From Girardia tigrina (Eukaryota), in NCBI GenBank assembly GCA_001938485.1, contig MQRK01238145.1:1-54721 (forward strand): 54,721 nt of DNA. The letters are read 5' to 3'. The translations under genes were made by a program, and so were the position numbers. Below the pieces are notes generated by a model. That model searched no databases. It worked only from the letters and a program-made list of their open reading frames with translations, and had not been told where the DNA came from. Position 1 is the stretch's first letter; the number at the start of each line of letters is the position of its first letter. Below, one piece after another: positions 11,264-24,477 of the stretch.

Positions 11264-12526
11264 AGGACTGAGTGCGAAAAATATTACTAACTCTAAATCT
11301 CTATAACTCCAACATAAATTCACAAATTACAGAAAACTAATCAAGTGAGCTCTTGTTTCAATAAATCAAAATAAAATTCATTTTAGTATTCATTTTTAAA
11401 TTTCATTTTTTATGAATATGTCGTCAGAAACAGGAAATCGTGAATTAATTATTCGTTTATTTCAACAATTGTCAGAAAAGCAACGGTTGTCAGAAAACAG
11501 TTTCTAACGCTTTTAAAAACTTCAATGAGACCTTAAACGTTTTTAGAAAAATTGTTTCGGGAAGAAGAAACAGATTTTCGTGTATACAGAAAGTGAAGAA
11601 AGTAAAGGCTCTAATAGAGAGAAATCCTCGTCTATCAAATCGAAAACAGGCGGTAAAGACAAATTATAGTTAGAAAACAGTTCGAAAAATTAAACAGTCT
11701 GTGGGTTTAAAAACGCTCAAAGTTCAAACAGTACCACACCGGAACGCTAACAAGAACGTAAAGGCGCAGCAGCGAGCCAGAAAGTTGAAATCTGGTTTTC
11801 TTGCGAAGAAAAATGTTGCATTATAGATAATGAGACTTATGTGTCGTGCTAGTTTTTCCAGCTACTCGGACAAGAATTGTACTCTGCAACTAAGAGAGGG
11901 GGAGTCGAAGAAAAATTTAGAAGCAAGAAAAAATCTAAGTTTCCAAAACCAATTATTGTTTGACAGGCTTTATGTGGATGCGGGAAAAGGAGTAAATGCT
12001 TTGTAACATCTGGCACAATAAACACAGAAGTCTATCTGAATGAGTGCCTACAAAAGCGTTTATTACCATTCATAAGTTAACACAGAGGTCTTACTTTCTT
12101 TTGGCAGGATTTGACATCGTGTCACTATGTTAAGGCAGCCATGAAGTGGTACAAAGACAATAACGTCGATTTGGTGCAAAGAGAGGCAAATCCACCAAAT
12201 TGTCCAATTCGCCCAATCGAAAGATATTGGGCCCTGGTAAAAAGACAATTAAAGACAACAAACAAGAGGACACAGACAACTGCAGATTTTCGGAACAAGT
12301 GGAATAATGCAGCCAAAAACGTGACAGAAACTACAATCTAAGTCTATTGTCAGGCATTTCAGAAAAGCTTGCAGAATTTATTAAAAAAATAAATAATCTT
12401 TCTTAGCTTACTTAAATTATTTTGAATTAAACACATTTTTCAAAACAGTCGGTATTTTTTAAATCAAAAATATGGTTTTGAAGATAGAGGATTAGAAAGT
12501 TAGTAATATTTTTCGCACTCAGTCCT
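11264..12526 (+). mobile_element. Full-length decayed ITmD37E-like transposon
   Basis: Perfect 29-bp TIRs AGGACTGAGTGCGAAAAATATTACTAACT with TA TSD. Transposase remnants CCIIDNETYV and FWQDLTSCHY...NPPNCPIRPIERYWALVK (D-36-E here, one codon short of D37E); stops and frameshifts. Confidence 0.9.
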
Positions 12527-12606
12527 TAAACATTTGCGTTGATATCGAGCTGTAAAGTATCTATCAGATATTTAATACATAAAGTAAAATACAAGAACAT
12601 TTTACA

Positions 12607-12936
12607 TAAAGTGACCAGACCGTTTTTGTGACCCGACTTTTAAAATTAAGTTAAATTTTATATTTATGAAAATCATTGTTTTGCGTTCTAAGAATCCTAC
12701 AAGCTACGACGACTAACAAATTGCTTTTGTTACCCAGTTACATTGTTTTTGTCTCTCAGGTTAAAAATATATAAAGGAATAAAATATTATACATTTTTTT
12801 ATATTTATAAATTGTACTTATTTAAAAAATAAAAACAAATATAAGGATAGTATTTGTATTCTGTTTGAAAATTTTTGTTGATATCCCCTCCTTCACAGTT
12901 GTCCCGCTTTGCGCATCTAAAAATCTTGTCACCTTA
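12607..12936. mobile_element. hAT (Blackjack-like) MITE
   Basis: Ends TAAAGTGACCAGA / TCTTGTCACCTTA flanked by the perfect 8-bp TSD ATTTTACA (12599-12606, 12937-12944). Confidence 0.85.
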
Positions 12937-14429
12937 ATTTTACATATGTATAAAATTTGACTTTATCACTAAAATATTTGTATTTTTTAGTTTTGATTGA
13001 TTAATTAAATCCAAAGTCAAAAGTAAAATCAAATATTAATATTATAAATTTATCTTTTATTGTCAATTTGAGTTTATTCGACTTCTGTGGCCCGTCCTTA
13101 AGATCAGATTTAATGCATTATGGATAAAGGTTTTTTTGTTTTAATTGTATCTAATTAACCCTAATTTCATTATTATTATAATATTTTAATTGAAATAAAA
13201 TTAATTAAATCAATTACGATTTACGTTTTAATTTCCTTACACTTAGAATAAGTAAAGTCGAAAGTGTTTTATTTTTCTGTTCAGTAAACATAAATAATGA
13301 AACAAATTATTTAGGGATTCATTTGTAACGAAATGCTTGATTAAATTTTTCATTATTTTTCTACATAAAACCTTTACATTCCATTAACGTAATTTAATAA
13401 TAATCAAAGTAAATAATTATTTATTTAATAGTAAATTAGTGTAAAAATTTCCTTTATTTCAATTAGTACCATTATGAAAATGTATTATATATTTTAAATT
13501 ATTCTTTAGGAACTTATAAAAAGTGTCAAAAATAATTCAAATATATAAATAATATTTTCATTTGATACTTCGAGGAAAATATAAATAAATAATTTTTATT
13601 CAAATAACAATAAATAATAAAATATACAATTATAATTAATTATATTATTCATTTATGATTCAAAAGATGAAAAAATATAATAAGTAAATAAAATACTTTT
13701 TTTGATTATTGTTAAGGTTGAAGGGTTTTTTTAAAAATATTTTTTTATTTTGTACTTATTTTTTCTATTTCGATATCTTGCGTAAAACACGCAATCTTTA
13801 TGATAATGTCAACGCGTTCTTTACAATAATTTTTAGAATTTTATTCATTGATATTTTTAATGTAATGTATTTTTGATATTGTATATATAATATTTAATTT
13901 TTAACTTATATATTGTAGTGATCAAAAAGACAAAATTAAATTGTATAAAATTACGTATATATTAAAATCATTTATTTTTATTTATAACAGTTAAAAAAAA
14001 TTCAATAAAATAATTAATTTAGAAAAATGAAAAATCTGAAATTAAAAAAAACCTATTTTAATTCAAAAAAATATATTTGTTTGAATAACAGTATTTTTTA
14101 AATGAAATATATTTTTCAAATCCCTCGAATTATTTGTACATTTTTGATAACTCATTTTCGTAAGTCATAACTTGTGAGAAATTTTTTTTGGTTCATCGGA
14201 TAAACACAAAATATATAAATTTAATAAATTCTCAAATGAAAATTTTTGGTAATATTTCACCAATTAATGTTTTATTTTTTTAAAATTTTATTTTTTTATA
14301 AAATTTATTTTTTTTAAAAATTTATTTTTACTAAATTTTAAAACAATTACTCAATTGATTAATCAAAATTAACGGTTATTAAATAATAATAATTATTATT
14401 ATAGTAATAATAATAATAATAACTTTTTT

Positions 14430-14900
14430 ATTTCTCAATGGATTGACCAGTTTTCTATTGTATAAATTATATCATTAGTTCGACAATGGAGATATTCGTT
14501 AGCAAAGCTTTCTCACTGTTAAAGCAGTTTCAACCTCGGATGTACCAGGGTCAAACATTATTTTGTCATCTTGGTACATGTTACACACAATACATCAGCC
14601 TAAAATAGTATTAAAATTTTATCAAGACTAACATTTATAATTTTACTCTGTAAACGGATTCCGGAGCATGGACGATTGGGTAATGGTAGTGATTTTGCTG
14701 GATATTTTGAAAGTTTATAGATCGAAGATGAAAATAATTAATTTTAAAATATTGTGCAATAATTTTAAAAATTATTGGGAAAGAGCCGTTTGAGAAGCAT
14801 TCTTGATTAAATCCGTCCATTAATGTCCAAACATGTCTCTCTTCCACGTCGTTGAAAATATTTAATCAGTTATTACCAGAATGTTACATAATCATCAATT
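14430..14900 (-). pseudogene. Possible Ulp1/SENP-like cysteine protease remnant
   Basis: Minus-strand pieces VWTLMDGF...HYPIVHAPES, a short GT..AG intron-like gap, then *CIVCNMYQDDKIMFDP...EYLH resemble the C48 PI-x-HW-x-FDS order. Catalytic H and C not seen. Confidence 0.3.
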
Positions 14901-16859
14901 TGTAATGAGGCAGCAAAATTGTTGTTAATTAAGCCTGAAGACAGTGGAAAATCCACTTATATTTTTTGAATGGCGGTTACTGATTTTTATATTTATTTAT
15001 CTGAAAATATTTAACAACGTTTTTGATTTTTGTAACTCGATACTTAATGTTCATTTACAGTTTGTTTAAAGATTTGATTTCTTTTCAATGACTGAGCCAC
15101 CTGAAGAAATGATATTTAAGATAAAATATATTGTCGAAACTGGTAAATTTATACATGTTTATAGAGACAAAAATTATTTCTTACTAAAATATATGGATAT
15201 TGGTTAAGATGTAGAAAAATAAAAAAATTATCTAAAATAATCAAGCTTTGAAAAAACTAGTGTTTTAATTTTACAACAATCATTAATAATAAAAAGAGTA
15301 AATAAAGTATCTCTCATAGGTTACAAAAAATACATGTGTAAAAAAAATATTAACTTGTGGATTATAGTGTTTTTTTAATATTTTATTTAAATATTTATAA
15401 TTTCTTTGCAAATAAAAAAATAATATAAACATAAATCAAAAAAGCAATTTTTTTGATTTCTCCATATCTTTTGATCAAGATGATTTTTCAGATCGTTATT
15501 CAGTTGAATAAATTTTGTTTTCCTCATATTAAATGAAAGCTTTATAGTTAATAAGAAAAGGAAAATGATAGTCTGACTTTAGCCACATGGTCTGCTTCAG
15601 AATATTGTAACTTGAAAGAGGTTTCGTACTCCTAAACCTGGTGAGAAAAATGGCAGACATTTTATGTTTCAATTTTCTACTTTGAACTAATATTTATCTT
15701 TAAATTACCTTTGTACATTCTTAATTGATTCCTGCTTTAAAACTATTTATATATATATATATATTTTTTCACTACACTGAATGACTAAAAGTAAAAAAAT
15801 TATCTTTTACTTAAAAAGCAATTTTTTTATAAGTTAATGAAACGGGTTACAGATTATAATGTTCTATTTATTCTATCTACAGGGAGATTCAATAAATAAA
15901 CAGAGTTTAATTTTTGCAAATTCCTAATTGTTACAGACCGATGACAATTTTAATGTCGTGGGTCTAAAAGACTAGTAACATCTCGTAATAACACAGTGAA
16001 GTTTAGATTACACAAGTTTCATATAAAAAAGATCTTCTTTCATCAACTTTTTATGCTGCTTCTAAATATATCTGCAATGATCACAATTTTCCTATTAAAA
16101 TTGTGTAAATAATAAATGTAAATAATAAATAATAAATGCAAATTCACCCATTAAAATTAAGAAATAAAAAAATTAATTTAATCTTAAATTTTTAATCTTC
16201 ATCCTCATAAAATCGAAATTAATCGCGAACAAAAATTGATTAATAAAAATATTAATCTAATTTTGAAAAGAAAATAAACAATATGAAAAAAATAGTTTTG
16301 TTTAAATTATCGAATTTGAATGAGCGATTTAAATATTGTGGTTTTGTTGAATTTTGTATCTATTTGAATAAATATTGTCCTCGATTGTATTTTCGACTGG
16401 TTTTCAAGTTTTAAATTTAATTAATCGAATGATGCGAAAGAAAGAGGAAGTCACCAAATTTTCTTTGCAGTCCCGCATGTAGTTTTCGATCCTCCGAGCA
16501 TTTGGTACTACAATAATATCATTTGCCTTTTTTTGTAAATTTTTTTCAGAAAAATATTAATAATTACAATAAAAAAGCAGAATGAAAAATAATTAAATAT
16601 ATGATGTATTTATGAAATAAGCTTGTACTTTACTTGAGTAAATGTTTTATTTTGAAATAATGCTTTACTTTTTTTATGATTTCTTCGTGTGTAACTGGTT
16701 TTTCTTCATCTTCTTTTCTACATATTTCAATATTCATTAATTTTTCTTGCTGGTCGTAGTTCTTGAAACTTTGAAACTATAAAAAATGATGTTTCATGCA
16801 ATATGATTTGATATTTTAGAATCCACATGTTTTTCATCAAAATGCATGTTTTGAATCAA

Positions 16860-19293
16860 TTAAAAGTAGACACTGTGGACCCTTCGTACTATTTAAATAA
16901 ATAAGATTAAGTAAATTCATAATATTATCGTATAATATTATCGCATAAAATATGATTAGTCTTTAAACATGCAAGAGACTTGTAAAGGTTTCTGTTACTG
17001 ACACTGAAGCGCTTCGTTAATTCCAGGAGAGACATGTCAACGACTTCATAATACATCTGTGGATATGAGCATCTGATAGACAAGTCCTGGAGTTCTAGCT
17101 GTCCCACAGATCCCCACACAACAAAATTCTCCCATTGTGAGTTCATCTTAGTTCGTCTTCGTTTCAGTCTCGGTTCCATATCAATATGAACCTCAAATTT
17201 CTAAAAAAGAACTTGGAATTCCTATTCATTACGGAGGCCGCGAATGTGCTTTATGATATCATCCATAACATTACATGTATATGAAAAATCCATTGCTTGT
17301 TGGCTGGTTCGAGGATGGTCAGCAACGAGAGAACCATGTATACAATGAACTGAAACGCCAGTTTATTGACTCGATGCAAGAGTTCAGTAGCTTCCAATTG
17401 AATATCAATGGAAAAGCGAGAATCTCTATTATAGCAGAGCTCAAGCAAATCTATAACTGTATCATAATTTTTTTTTATTGCTTGTGTAGTCCGCAGGTGT
17501 CCTGTCCAACGATTTTCCATGAGCCGCTTCAATTTATCGCCTTGATACATGGCTGCAACATTATGCTTTGAGAAAAATGTATTTAAGTTTCTGCATATAT
17601 CGAAGACGTCCTGCAGTTTTTTGCACTCAGAAATAGCACATACAACAACCAAATACAATTTGTGGTTGAAGCAATGCACATACGGAATTTCTATTTGTAG
17701 AGTTCCTGGAGCAAGGCTTGCAGCCCTCCATGATGTCCAGAAATAACGGCGGCTCCATCATATTATTGGAAAATTATATTTTTAGGATCCAATTGAGCCT
17801 CTTTTAAAGTTGTCAAAATTACATCTGCGAAGGCCTTGTCATTGAGAGCCATTGTTCGAGAAATACAGATTAAGTGCTCCTGAGGTTGTCCTGCTGAGAC
17901 AAATCTAATGGCAATCGACACATTCTCAGTCACTATTTGATCTTTGGTACCATCCACCTTCAGTGTAAAATATTCGATATTCGCAGAATTGAACTTCTTT
18001 ACAATTGACTTTTGTACCATTGATGTCATTAACACGATAATTTCATTTTGAATTCTAGATGATCTGTACGTGGCAATTGTTAGAATTGTTTCAATGATTC
18101 TTACTAGATCAGGATTTTTCTTAACAGTGCATTCGAAGAGGCGTAAAAAGTGACCCCTTGGAAGTTTCTCAACCTCATCAATGTCATTTCTACTGAAACT
18201 GTCACCTTAAAAGACTAATTCATTTGTCACAAGAACTTCATGATGTCAACAATTGCGTCGACATAATAGCGATTGTTCTTGAGTTGTGTTTTATTAATCA
18301 AAGTGCAAACTTCCTATCCTCTTTTACATCGCAGCTGCCTCTCCTTCCATCGCTCCTTGGCATGGATATGGTTAGCAGAAGATTCATGCTTTTGAAAACC
18401 TTTTCCCTTTGAAAACCTTTTCTAAAGCCGATTTCCAATTTTGGAATTCACTTTTCTGAAAACACTTTCTCCAGCAGAGCCAGGCAATGAAAATTTTCAA
18501 CGGCAAAAGCTGAAGACTGCATCTTATTTAATAGAGTACTCCAAATATGGTCTTTGGCTATACCAAGCAGAAGAGAATGAGCGTTCCCTTGAACTAAACG
18601 GAGTATTTGGGAAATTTACAGCAGTAGGCTGGCGCGGCATTTCCTCCTCCAAATCAGATTTAGTAGATTACATTGGCTTAGCAGGTACACAAGCAAATGA
18701 AGACATCACTCCATTGTCAGGGATGTATGAAATAGCAGGAATATATGAAGTAGTAGCGCAGATTGATTGTACAGTATCAGAGATGGATGCAGTAGCACAG
18801 ATTGAAGATATAGTAGCAGGCATAGTATCACTAGGTAAAATGACTGAAGTCACAGAATTCTTTGGAATGACTTGGAAGAAATTCATGATGCTCTTGTGTG
18901 TCGACATGTTGTAATACAATCAAAATTATGTAACAAGGTAGAGTGAATTACAATGACACTATGCAGTTAGAGTAAGCTCAGAATAATGACAGATATAGAC
19001 AGAAAATGTGTGCTTGTGTGTGTTTGGATGTAGATGATTCCCTCATATCACGTCAGTCCATTTGTGCACACTTTCCTTCTCTCTCACCCACGATACTTAC
19101 ACTACTCTCTGTCGCCCTATAGGTTTGTTGTTCAGTTGTTCTGTATACATTTTGCCTACTACTAAACTATATATATGGTATATGAATAAATATGACTCTT
19201 TCTTTTTCATTTGTATTTTTTTACTTTGTGGGGGGCAGACTTGGGTTTAGGAGAGGCGGGTCCTTTTGCCCCCACCCAGACGTATCGAGCCTG
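16860..19293 (-). mobile_element. hAT transposon (ZMYM1-like transposase pseudogene), 5' end intact
   Basis: Successive frames: RSFSSAWYSQRPYLEYSIK (TTF ZnF), YFTLKVDGTKD, VSIAIRFV, YDGAAV, VHCFNHKL, LKRLMENRW. Terminal CAGGCTCG on the minus strand at 19293. Matching 3' end and TSD not found. Confidence 0.88.
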
Positions 19294-19661
19294 CATGCTT
19301 CTCTCCCATTTAAATGTCATCAGTGTTAGTTCCGGTGGTCACACAACCCATTTGAATAAACGAATGCATCGATTATTTTAAAATATATTTCAGGCAAGTA
19401 GAGTACACATATGATCTACATAAATTAGATAATCAAATTTACAAAAAAACATTCAGTAACCTATTTTCAACCCTCCGCGCAGCTGAATATTTAAACAACT
19501 GCTTAAATTCTATATTTTTTCACTTCCATTGATATTAAACCGGAACCAAATTTTTTATTTACTCTAAATTTTTAATTTTAGTTTTACTCCAAAATTCTTG
19601 ATTATTTTAAACTAAAATAGTATCTGCTCTGACTGTCTTTTCAAAAATTTAACCTACCGAG

Positions 19662-19719
19662 TTTAACACATTGAATGCTGAGTACGAGATATCTCGTACT
19701 CAGCATTCAATGTGTTAAA
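19662..19719. mobile_element. 58-bp perfect palindrome: minimal piggyBac-type element in TTAA
   Basis: TTAA-CACATTGAATGCTGAGTACGAGAT|ATCTCGTACTCAGCATTCAATGTG-TTAA; a further CAATGTG-TTAA end at 19803-19813. Confidence 0.75.
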
Positions 19720-19885
19720 TGCTAAAATGGCAACAATGTAAACTTTTTTGTCCCACCCGTAGCGCGCGTAGCAGACGTTCGGTGCATGATGTCAACAGCA
19801 AACAATGTGTTAAGATTATATCAATCAGAAATTAATATTATTCTAAAATTAAAATCCAGTTATTTAGTTTAAATAAACAAAACAG

Positions 19886-20345
19886 TATTGTAGTGTTTGG
19901 TATGTTGTTTTTAGGATTGTGTTCCTCTCCCCAGGATGGAAGATTGATATTTTAAATGTTTTGTACCGTCAGATTATTCAGACTATTTGGAAATGTAAAT
20001 AACAACTTTACAAATAAATTAATATATTTTAATCAAAATATTTTAAATCTATTTGAGAGTGATTTAAAATATTTTATAGATTGAATATAATGCACAAATT
20101 CATTTAATCATTAATAAGGTATTTAAAATGAATTAAAAATATTTTTGAAATTTATTTTAAATTATTTAAGTAAAGAATTGTAATTTAATTTTTTTCGAAT
20201 AATTAAAGGTTTAGAAATAGAATTTAAATTTATCAATCAAGAACGATGACTAACTTCGAAAGTGTTTTGGAGAATATTCATAGAAGTAATTCGATTTGTG
20301 ATGTCAATAAAATTATTGGAAATCATATTAGTGTTTTTCATAAAT
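19886..20345 (+). repeat. Bipartite cassette family, copy C (module 1 5'-truncated)
   Basis: TGTTTGGTATGTTGTTTTTAGGATTGTGTTCCTCTCCCCAGGATGGAAGATTGATATTTT, then TATCAATCAAGAACGATG at 20231. Confidence 0.88.
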
Positions 20346-20431
20346 ATATTTACTTAAATATATTTAAATATATTTACAAGACTCTTGACTCTAGAAAATT
20401 ATTTGAACTATTCTTTTTCATGTTTCTGTGA
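20246..20431 (+). CDS. Candidate micropeptide MTNFESVLENIHRSNSICDVNK... (61 aa), cassette copy C
   Basis: First ~33 codons align gap-free with copies A, B, E; the remainder is AT-rich read-through. Confidence 0.3.
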   Translation: MTNFESVLENIHRSNSICDVNKIIGNHISVFHKYIYLNIFKYIYKTLDSRKLFELFFFMFL

Positions 20432-22533
20432 CAGATTATATTTACTTTAACTTGCTGCTACAGTTTGCCATGCCAAACATTAGTGAAGTCTTTGAAACGG
20501 AAGATTTTGTTAAAGCTAAATATGACACAGAGACTTTCATTGCGGTTTTATATGTGGTTTCTTGATTAGATTTTACGAGACAGGTGAATTTGGTGGAGAA
20601 GTTTTGTTGAATACTTACCACTTTTATCAGAATTTATACTACTATATTTCTTTTTATGGTGATACCTAAAAGACTAAGTCTATGTCATGAAAGCCTCAAC
20701 AATTGTTGAATTGAGAGTAGACAGTAAACGTGATAGTACGCAAATACCAAGGGAATTGTATCAGGATGCGTTCTTTTCCATCGTTTTGCTCTGTCGACTG
20801 GGCCTGTACCAGAACGAACATCAACCACAAAACGTGAAATGACAAAACAATAAAATGTAATTTTTTTTAATTTCTGTACTGGTTGAAAATTGAAAAAAAT
20901 AATACTGAACACCTAGTTTACAATAATTTAAATAACGTTTATGTTTTTTAGAACACCCTCTCTATATCAAATTACTGCGACAGTAAATGTGAACCTTAAA
21001 CTTATTAAAGGTGTTTCTATTACCTCTTTCATACAGAAATGTTTCAGTTATAAAAGTTTATAACTAAACTTTCAATCACCCTACTTACAACGTTTTACTA
21101 TTAAAAAGTCAATTAATGAGTGTTGTCCCATTCAAAAGAAGGAACAATAATATTGTTCCCTAACTTAAAAAATAATGATAAAAGTGAAAAATATAAATTT
21201 AGATGTACTAGGCTCTATGTTTAAACTGGTGACTTTTAAATACTTTAGAAATGGGGATTATTAATTATTAATAGTAATAAAATATAATATTATAAAATAT
21301 TAACTATTATTAATTATTATAATTTATTGTAATCAATAAACTATGATGTACTTATAAAACTATAAAATATATCTTACTTTTTTATTTCTAAAAAAAATAT
21401 TTTGAACTAAATTATAATTTAAAATGAATATTTTATTAAACGTTCTCTTGAAGATGTTACATCACTGTTTTCGTATATTGTAATTTTTGTAAGTAACATT
21501 TTGTGACATCTCTCTCCACAAATTGAAATATGTATTTAATATTTATATTAATATAAATATTAACATTATTATCAATAATATTTCTAGGATATAACTTTCA
21601 AAATATATTCCAAAAATACATTTCTTAATAAACTTTTATTTATTCATTAAATGAATGTATATTATGATCCTGTACAACTTGCCTCCCTTTATTTTGCCTA
21701 AATCGACAAACATTTTCATAGTAACACAATTAAGTTAAAACAAAGTATACTAAAGAAAACAATTTAGACAAGCGAGTTTCTTTTTAAACAAGGAAAATAA
21801 TTAAACATTTTCTTCAATTCTTCAGCCCTTTTTTCTAGGAACTCAAAATGCGACAAGTTTGGCAATTATAATCCCTTTCATTTGGATTCAAAGATATTGA
21901 TTTACAATAAATACCCTGACTTTGTGAGAACTGTGAGAATATTTAAACCATTTTCCCATTTTCTTACAATAAACATTTGGAAAATAATTTTAATTAATTA
22001 TTTATTTAGACAATTAACAGAATGGTTACTGAAAAATGTTTTCCACAATTGTATTACTTATAAGCATTACTTAAAACCAATATATTTTAAGCAAACTAGA
22101 TATGCGTGGAGCATACAATAAGTACCCTACCTGACAAAGAATTCCAAAAAGGCCGTTTTAATAACATAAAAACCTTAACCTATGTTGAAATCCTTTTTAA
22201 AAGTTGTTAGATGTTCTTGGAACATCATCGGAATTATTGTTTCAAGTTATTTCCGAGATCAAAATTTTATGATGATTAACACTAATATTTAAACAAACTT
22301 ATTATTGTTTTGAACCACAACTTGTTTTATAAATCATAATCCGGTATAAATAACAAAATATTTGATTTGATTTTAATTTTATAAATTTTGCCTTTAATAA
22401 ATTTTATCAATTTTAAATTACTCTAACATTATCAAATACTTAATCATTTCGTGAAATTTTATAAATAAAAAAATATCTATCATCATTTTCTATTAATTAC
22501 CTTTAATCAAATTTTATACTTTTAAATTATAAC

Positions 22534-23038
22534 TATGAGGGATAATTTGGAATGTTGTAAGTTTGTTGTTTGTATGCTGTTTAGATTTGTGACTCTCCTA
22601 CTCAGATGGGATTGATATATTATTGATTGATTATTTGAATCTAATGAAATTAATTTAAGGATATTAATTTTTAAATACTAATTAATTAAAAGTTTTATAA
22701 TTATAAATTTTAAAAATATTTTTAGTAAACGATTTTAACTGATTAAATTTAATATATTTTAAAAATTAATGTTCATTTAAAAAATTACGAAATGCCATTT
22801 CATCCAATTAAATTTAAGAAATTAAAAATTAATATTAAAAACTTTCCCATTCATTGTTTTTTTTAGATTTGAATACTTATACAAAAACTATATCAATCAA
22901 AGAAAGATGCTCACTGAGAATTGTTGTGAAGAATCTGTTTGTGTTGTCACTAAATGTTTACATTCAAATTGTGATGTTGTTAATAATAACAGTATTTACA
23001 ATTATTTAATCGTTTCGTTCAATTTTATTAATTTTTAA
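22534..23038 (+). repeat. Bipartite cassette family, copy D (most diverged)
   Basis: TATGAGGGATAATTTGGAATG...CTCTCCTACTCAGATGGGATTGATAT, then TATCAATCAAAGAAAGATG at 22891 and TCAAATTGTGAT at 22964. Confidence 0.8.
22907..23038 (+). CDS. Candidate Cys-rich micropeptide MLTENCCEESVCVVTKCLHSNCDVVNNNSIYNYLIVSFNFINF (43 aa), cassette copy D
   Basis: Shares TENC and SNCD with copy E in the same frame despite two indels. Confidence 0.3.
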   Translation: MLTENCCEESVCVVTKCLHSNCDVVNNNSIYNYLIVSFNFINF

Positions 23039-23513
23039 AATTCTTTTATAATCATTACATATTTTAAAAATTTCTACATTTTAATTTGTGTATTTAATTT
23101 TACATTATTTCAAACAGTTTTAACGACAATAAATCATTTTAGGCGATTAAAATAATAATTAAATGATAACAATATAACAAAGAATTTTATATCTATATAA
23201 TAAATGATACAATAATTAATAGTACCAAAAGGATAACTATGCTTCAAAGATACATATAAATAAATATTAGATGATTGTAAATTATTTTAATATTTATAAA
23301 TATATAAAACTAAATAAATATTGATATAATTAATTTACGTAAATAAAAGTACAAAAACAAAATACAACGTAATTTTTTAATATCGATAAAATTATTACAA
23401 AATTATGAGAATTATTAAGGAATTATGAGAATTATTAAAAAAATAAATTATTTCAATAAAAACGGTTATGGTGATTAAAAACTCAGCGTGCCACCAGTTA
23501 TTATATTTCATTG

Positions 23514-23986
23514 GAAAGTACCACATATATCAATGATATTATGGTGATCATCTCATCCTTTAAAGATATTAAGCCTGAGACTTTTTAGGAGGTTCTGAGA
23601 CACTTATCATTCGAAAAGCACTCCCCCATGCCGGGATTTACATGTCTAAGCTCCACCGGCGAACCAGCTTCAAAACACCCTTCACAAAGATTAGAAACCT
23701 TGGATTATTGCGATACAGTCCACCACATGACTGCAGGGTCACGACTCTTTATAGCCTGACACTCAGATTTTTGAAGCTAAACCTTCAAAATATTTGTTTG
23801 TGAGTTTAATATCGATACTTCGGCTGCCGAATTTTCAAACAGTAAAAGGCTCAGTTCAGGATGCTTTAGCCTAAATAAGAGAACTCTAGTTACCCAGGGA
23901 TACCGCGCGGAGGTACGTCCAATCTGGCCTTGCACTCAGGGATCTATGATATGATATTATGGTAATAATGATATTATGGTACTTTC
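23514..23986. mobile_element. GC-richer insertion flanked by a 13-bp direct repeat inside a short inverted repeat
   Basis: ATGATATTATGGT at 23533-23545, 23951-23963 and 23968-23980; outer GAAAGTACCA / TGGTACTTTC. Confidence 0.5.
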
Positions 23987-24304
23987 ATGAACACCATTAT
24001 AAAAAAATCAAATTCAAAAAATAGTGATATTATTTAAACAAAATTGATCGAATTTATCTGAATTTGATATAATTTATGGAAAATTTAAAAAAACTATTAC
24101 AAATTTTTTTCTATTTTAAATCAATATTAGTTTAAAAAACTTCAAATGTTTTAGAATTTAATTCTAAAATATAGAATTAGATAAAAAACAAAGTCTTATA
24201 AAAGTTAAATTAAAACATTTATTCACTCAATTGACAATAATAATTATTGTTGATAATATTATAAATCTGATTTCAATATTTACTAAACTTTAAAGCCAGG
24301 CAAG

Positions 24305-24477
24305 AAATTCGAGTCCAGTTGATTCAGAAACATTTAGAATTCGAGTCAGTTTTATTTTTCTTGAATCGAGTCAATATTTTTAATAAAAATTATTAATAAT
24401 ACTTTAATAATTTTTCGAGTCGAGTTCGAATCGAGTCAGTTTGAGGATTTAAGTCGCGACTCGAGTCGACAACACTG
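24305..24477 (-). mobile_element. Solo hAT-like terminus with TCGAGTC subterminal repeats
   Basis: About six TCGAGTC motifs ending in CAACACTG (CAGTGTTG on the minus strand). Confidence 0.55.

Noticed and set aside
16468-16485. CAGTCCCGCATGT as the missing hAT TIR
   Set aside because: Poor match to CAGGCTCGATACGT and the flanking 8-mers do not form a TSD.
18441-18914. 157-aa + strand ORF
   Set aside because: Antisense shadow of the minus-strand hAT transposase N-terminus.
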